DNA of 64,000 nucleotides from Vicugna vicugna (Eukaryota). A model generated the notes under the pieces. It ran no database searches. It was not told the origin of the DNA and worked only from the letters and a program-made list of their open reading frames with translations. Location of the stretch: NCBI GenBank assembly GCA_013265495.1, contig MU058781.1:12280440-12344439 (forward strand). The letters run 5' to 3'. Of this stretch, positions 62,601-64,000 are shown piece by piece (positions within the stretch are counted from its first letter, which is position 1; each line of letters begins with the position of its first letter). The translations under genes were made by a program, and so were the position numbers.

Positions 62601-64000
62601 GTATTTCTATTTTGTTTGTTGTAATTTCTCCATTTTCCTTTCTTATTTTGCTAATTTGTGCTCTCTCTTTTTTCTTCTTTGTGAGTTTGGCCAGAGGTTT
62701 GTCGATTTTATTTACTTTTTCAAAAAACCAGCTTTTGGTTTGGTTGATTTTTTCTATGGTCTTGTTAATCTCTATTGTATTTAATTCCTCTCTGATCTTT
62801 ATTATTTCCTTCCTTCTGCTGCTTTTTGGGGCTTTTTGTTCTTCTTTTTCTAATTGATTCAGGTGGTGGGTTAACTTGTTTATTTGAGATTGTTCTTCTT
62901 TTTTGAGGAAGGCCTGTATCGCTATAAACTTCCCTCTTAGCACTGCCTTTGCTGTGTCCCATAGGTTTTGAGTGGTTGTGCTTTCATTATCATTTGTCTC
63001 AAGGTATTTTTTAATTTCAGCTTTGATTTCCTCATTGATCCATTGTTTTTTCAATAACATATTGTTTAATCTCCATGCTTTTCTTTTTTTCTCCTTTGTT
63101 TCTCTGTTGTTGATTTCCAGTTTCATGGCATTGTGGTCAGTAAAGATGCTTGAGATAATTTCTATCTTCTTAAATTTGTTGAGGTTTCTTTTGTGTCCAA
63201 GTACATGATCGATCCTGGAAAATGTTCCATGTGCACTTGAAAAGAATGTATATTCTATTTTTTGGGGGTGTAAAGCTCTGAAAATATCCACCAAATCTAG
63301 TTTTTCTATTGTAGTATTTAATTTCTCTGTTGCCTTGTTTATTTTCTGTCTGGAAGATCTGTCTAGTGATGTTAATGCAGTGTTAAAATCTCCAACTATG
63401 ATTGTATTCCCATCAATATCCCCCTTTATCTCTGTTAGTAATTCTTGTATGTACTTAGGTGCTCCTATATTGGGTGCATATATATTAACGAGTGTAATAT
63501 CTTCATCTTGTATCACTCCTTTAATCATTATAAAATGTCCTTCTTTATCTTTCTTTATGGCCTTTGTTTTAAAGTCTATTTTGTCTGAAATCAGTACTGC
63601 AACACCTGCTTTTTTGGCTTTTCCATTTGCATGGAATATCCTTTTCCATCCTTTCACTCTCAATCTATATGTGTCCTTCTCCCTAAAGTGGGTCTCTTGT
63701 ATGCAGCATATTGAAGGTTCTTGCTTTATTATCCAGTCTGCCACTCTATGTCTTTTGACTGGAGCATTTAGTCCATTAACATTTACAGTAATTAATGATA
63801 GATGTGTGTTTATTGCCATTTTGAACTTATCTTTGCAGTTGAATTGGTATATCCTCTTTGTTCCTTTCTTCTTCCTTTTGTGGTTTGGTAATTTTCCTTT
63901 GTATTATCATGGATTTTATTTAATTTTTGTGACTCCCTTGTAAATTTTTGACTTGTGGTTACCCTTTTTTGTAAATCTATTAACCTATACCCGTTTTTAA
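59694..64000 (-). mobile_element. Young LINE-1 (3' UTR, intact ORF2, part of the inter-ORF spacer; continues beyond the window)
   Basis: Poly(A) seen as a T run at 59694-59705, AATAAA at 59712-59717, uninterrupted ORF2. Confidence 0.98.
60022..63819 (-). CDS. LINE-1 ORF2p (APE endonuclease + reverse transcriptase + CCHC), 1265 aa
   Basis: EN motifs NVNG, IQETH, GDFN, RIDH, TDHN; PIP box TKSWFF; Z motif SPGPDGF; RT motifs QGCPLSP and YADD; CWRGC...HCWWEC. Confidence 0.97.
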   Translation of the reverse strand: MAINTHLSLITVNVNGLNAPVKRHRVADWIIKQEPSICCIQETHFREKDTYRLRVKGWKRIFHANGKAKKAGVAVLISDKIDFKTKAIKKDKEGHFIMIKGVIQDEDITLVNIYAPNIGAPKYIQELLTEIKGDIDGNTIIVGDFNTALTSLDRSSRQKINKATEKLNTTIEKLDLVDIFRALHPQKIEYTFFSSAHGTFSRIDHVLGHKRNLNKFKKIEIISSIFTDHNAMKLEINNRETKEKKRKAWRLNNMLLKKQWINEEIKAEIKKYLETNDNESTTTQNLWDTAKAVLRGKFIAIQAFLKKEEQSQINKLTHHLNQLEKEEQKAPKSSRRKEIIKIREELNTIEINKTIEKINQTKSWFFEKVNKIDKPLAKLTKKKKERAQISKIRKENGEITTNKIEIQNIIREYYEKLYGTKLDNLEEMDKFLETYCPPKLNQEETEHLNNPITRKEIEIAIKNLPTNKSPGPDGFTGEFYQTYKEELIPVLLKLFQTIEKEGILPNSFYEATITLIPKPGKDTTKKENYRPISLMNIDAKILTKILANRIQQHIKKIIHHDQVGFIPGTQGWFNIRKSINVIHHINKRKDKNHMIISIDAEKAFDKIQHPFMIKTLAKVGIEGTYLNIIKAIYDKPTASIVLNGEKLKSFPLKSGTRQGCPLSPLLFNIVLEVLATAIRQEKEIKGIQIGKEEVKVSLYADDMLLYIENPKRSTKKLLELIEEFSKVAGYKINVQKSVAFLYTNDKSTEKESKETIPFKIAPKVIKYLGINLTKEVKELYTENYKPLMKEIKEDFKKWKDIPCSWIGRINIVKMVTLPKAIYRFNAIPIQLPRTYFTELEQIIIKFIWNHQRPRIAKALLKRKKEAGGITLPDFRQYYRATVIKTAWYWYQNRHIDQWNRIESPEMNPQTFGQLIFDKGGKNIQWNKDSLFSKWCWENWTAACKTMKLEHTLTPYTKINSKWIKDLNIRQDTINLLEENIGKTLSDIHFKNFLLEEIKARINKWDLMKLTSFCRAKETRNKTRRKPTEWEKIFASETDKGLISKIYKQLIRLNKKKINNPIQKWAEDLNKQFSKEDIQMIKKHMKKCSISLIIREMQIKTTMRYHLTPVRMAVIQKSKNDKCWRGCGERGTLLHCWWECSLVQPLWKTVWRFLKRLGIDLPYDPGIPLLGLYPEGNLLQDDTCTPMFIAALFTIAKTWKQPKCPSTGDWIKKMWYIYTMEYYSAIKTDNIMPFAATWMLLENVILSEVSQKEKEKYHMRSLICGI

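Noticed and set aside
60524..63943. Several + strand ORFs (up to 202 aa) overlapping L1 ORF2
   Set aside because: These are antisense shadow ORFs of the A-rich L1 ORF2, with low-complexity F/L/S composition.

Overview
This is mammalian (eukaryotic) genomic DNA, most likely from a camelid. That species call is an inference from cetartiodactyl-type L1 3' ends and the apparent absence of ruminant or pig SINEs. The window covers the SLC17A type-I phosphate/organic-anion transporter cluster at the edge of the HIST1 region. Two complete multi-exon genes lie on the minus strand, both with all coding splice sites GT-AG. SLC17A3/NPT4 has 11 coding exons (18657->4671, 498 aa) and SLC17A2/NPT3 has 11 coding exons (53475->42738, 478 aa); each has a probable non-coding first exon with an HNF1 site. 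A young LINE-1 with an uninterrupted 1265-aa ORF2 occupies 59694-64000, and a related L1 fragment lies at 1-1059. Many older repeats (L1M, L2, MIR, MER21, MLT1, Zaphod, MER5, MER91, ERV LTRs) and a 64-N gap are present. The most unusual signal is a run of heavily decayed histone H2A/H2B-like fragments with histone-type promoter motifs at about 33.6-37.2 kb, possibly a fossil mini-cluster of divergent H2A/H2B pairs; it was aligned by eye and needs computational confirmation. Other notable items are an SLC17A2 read-through C-terminus (VGPVY*) whose stop lies in an L2 tail, uORFs in the SLC17A2 leader, and an unexplained ~440-bp segment fused to a truncated L1. No prokaryotic systems, CRISPR arrays, rRNA or tRNA genes were found.
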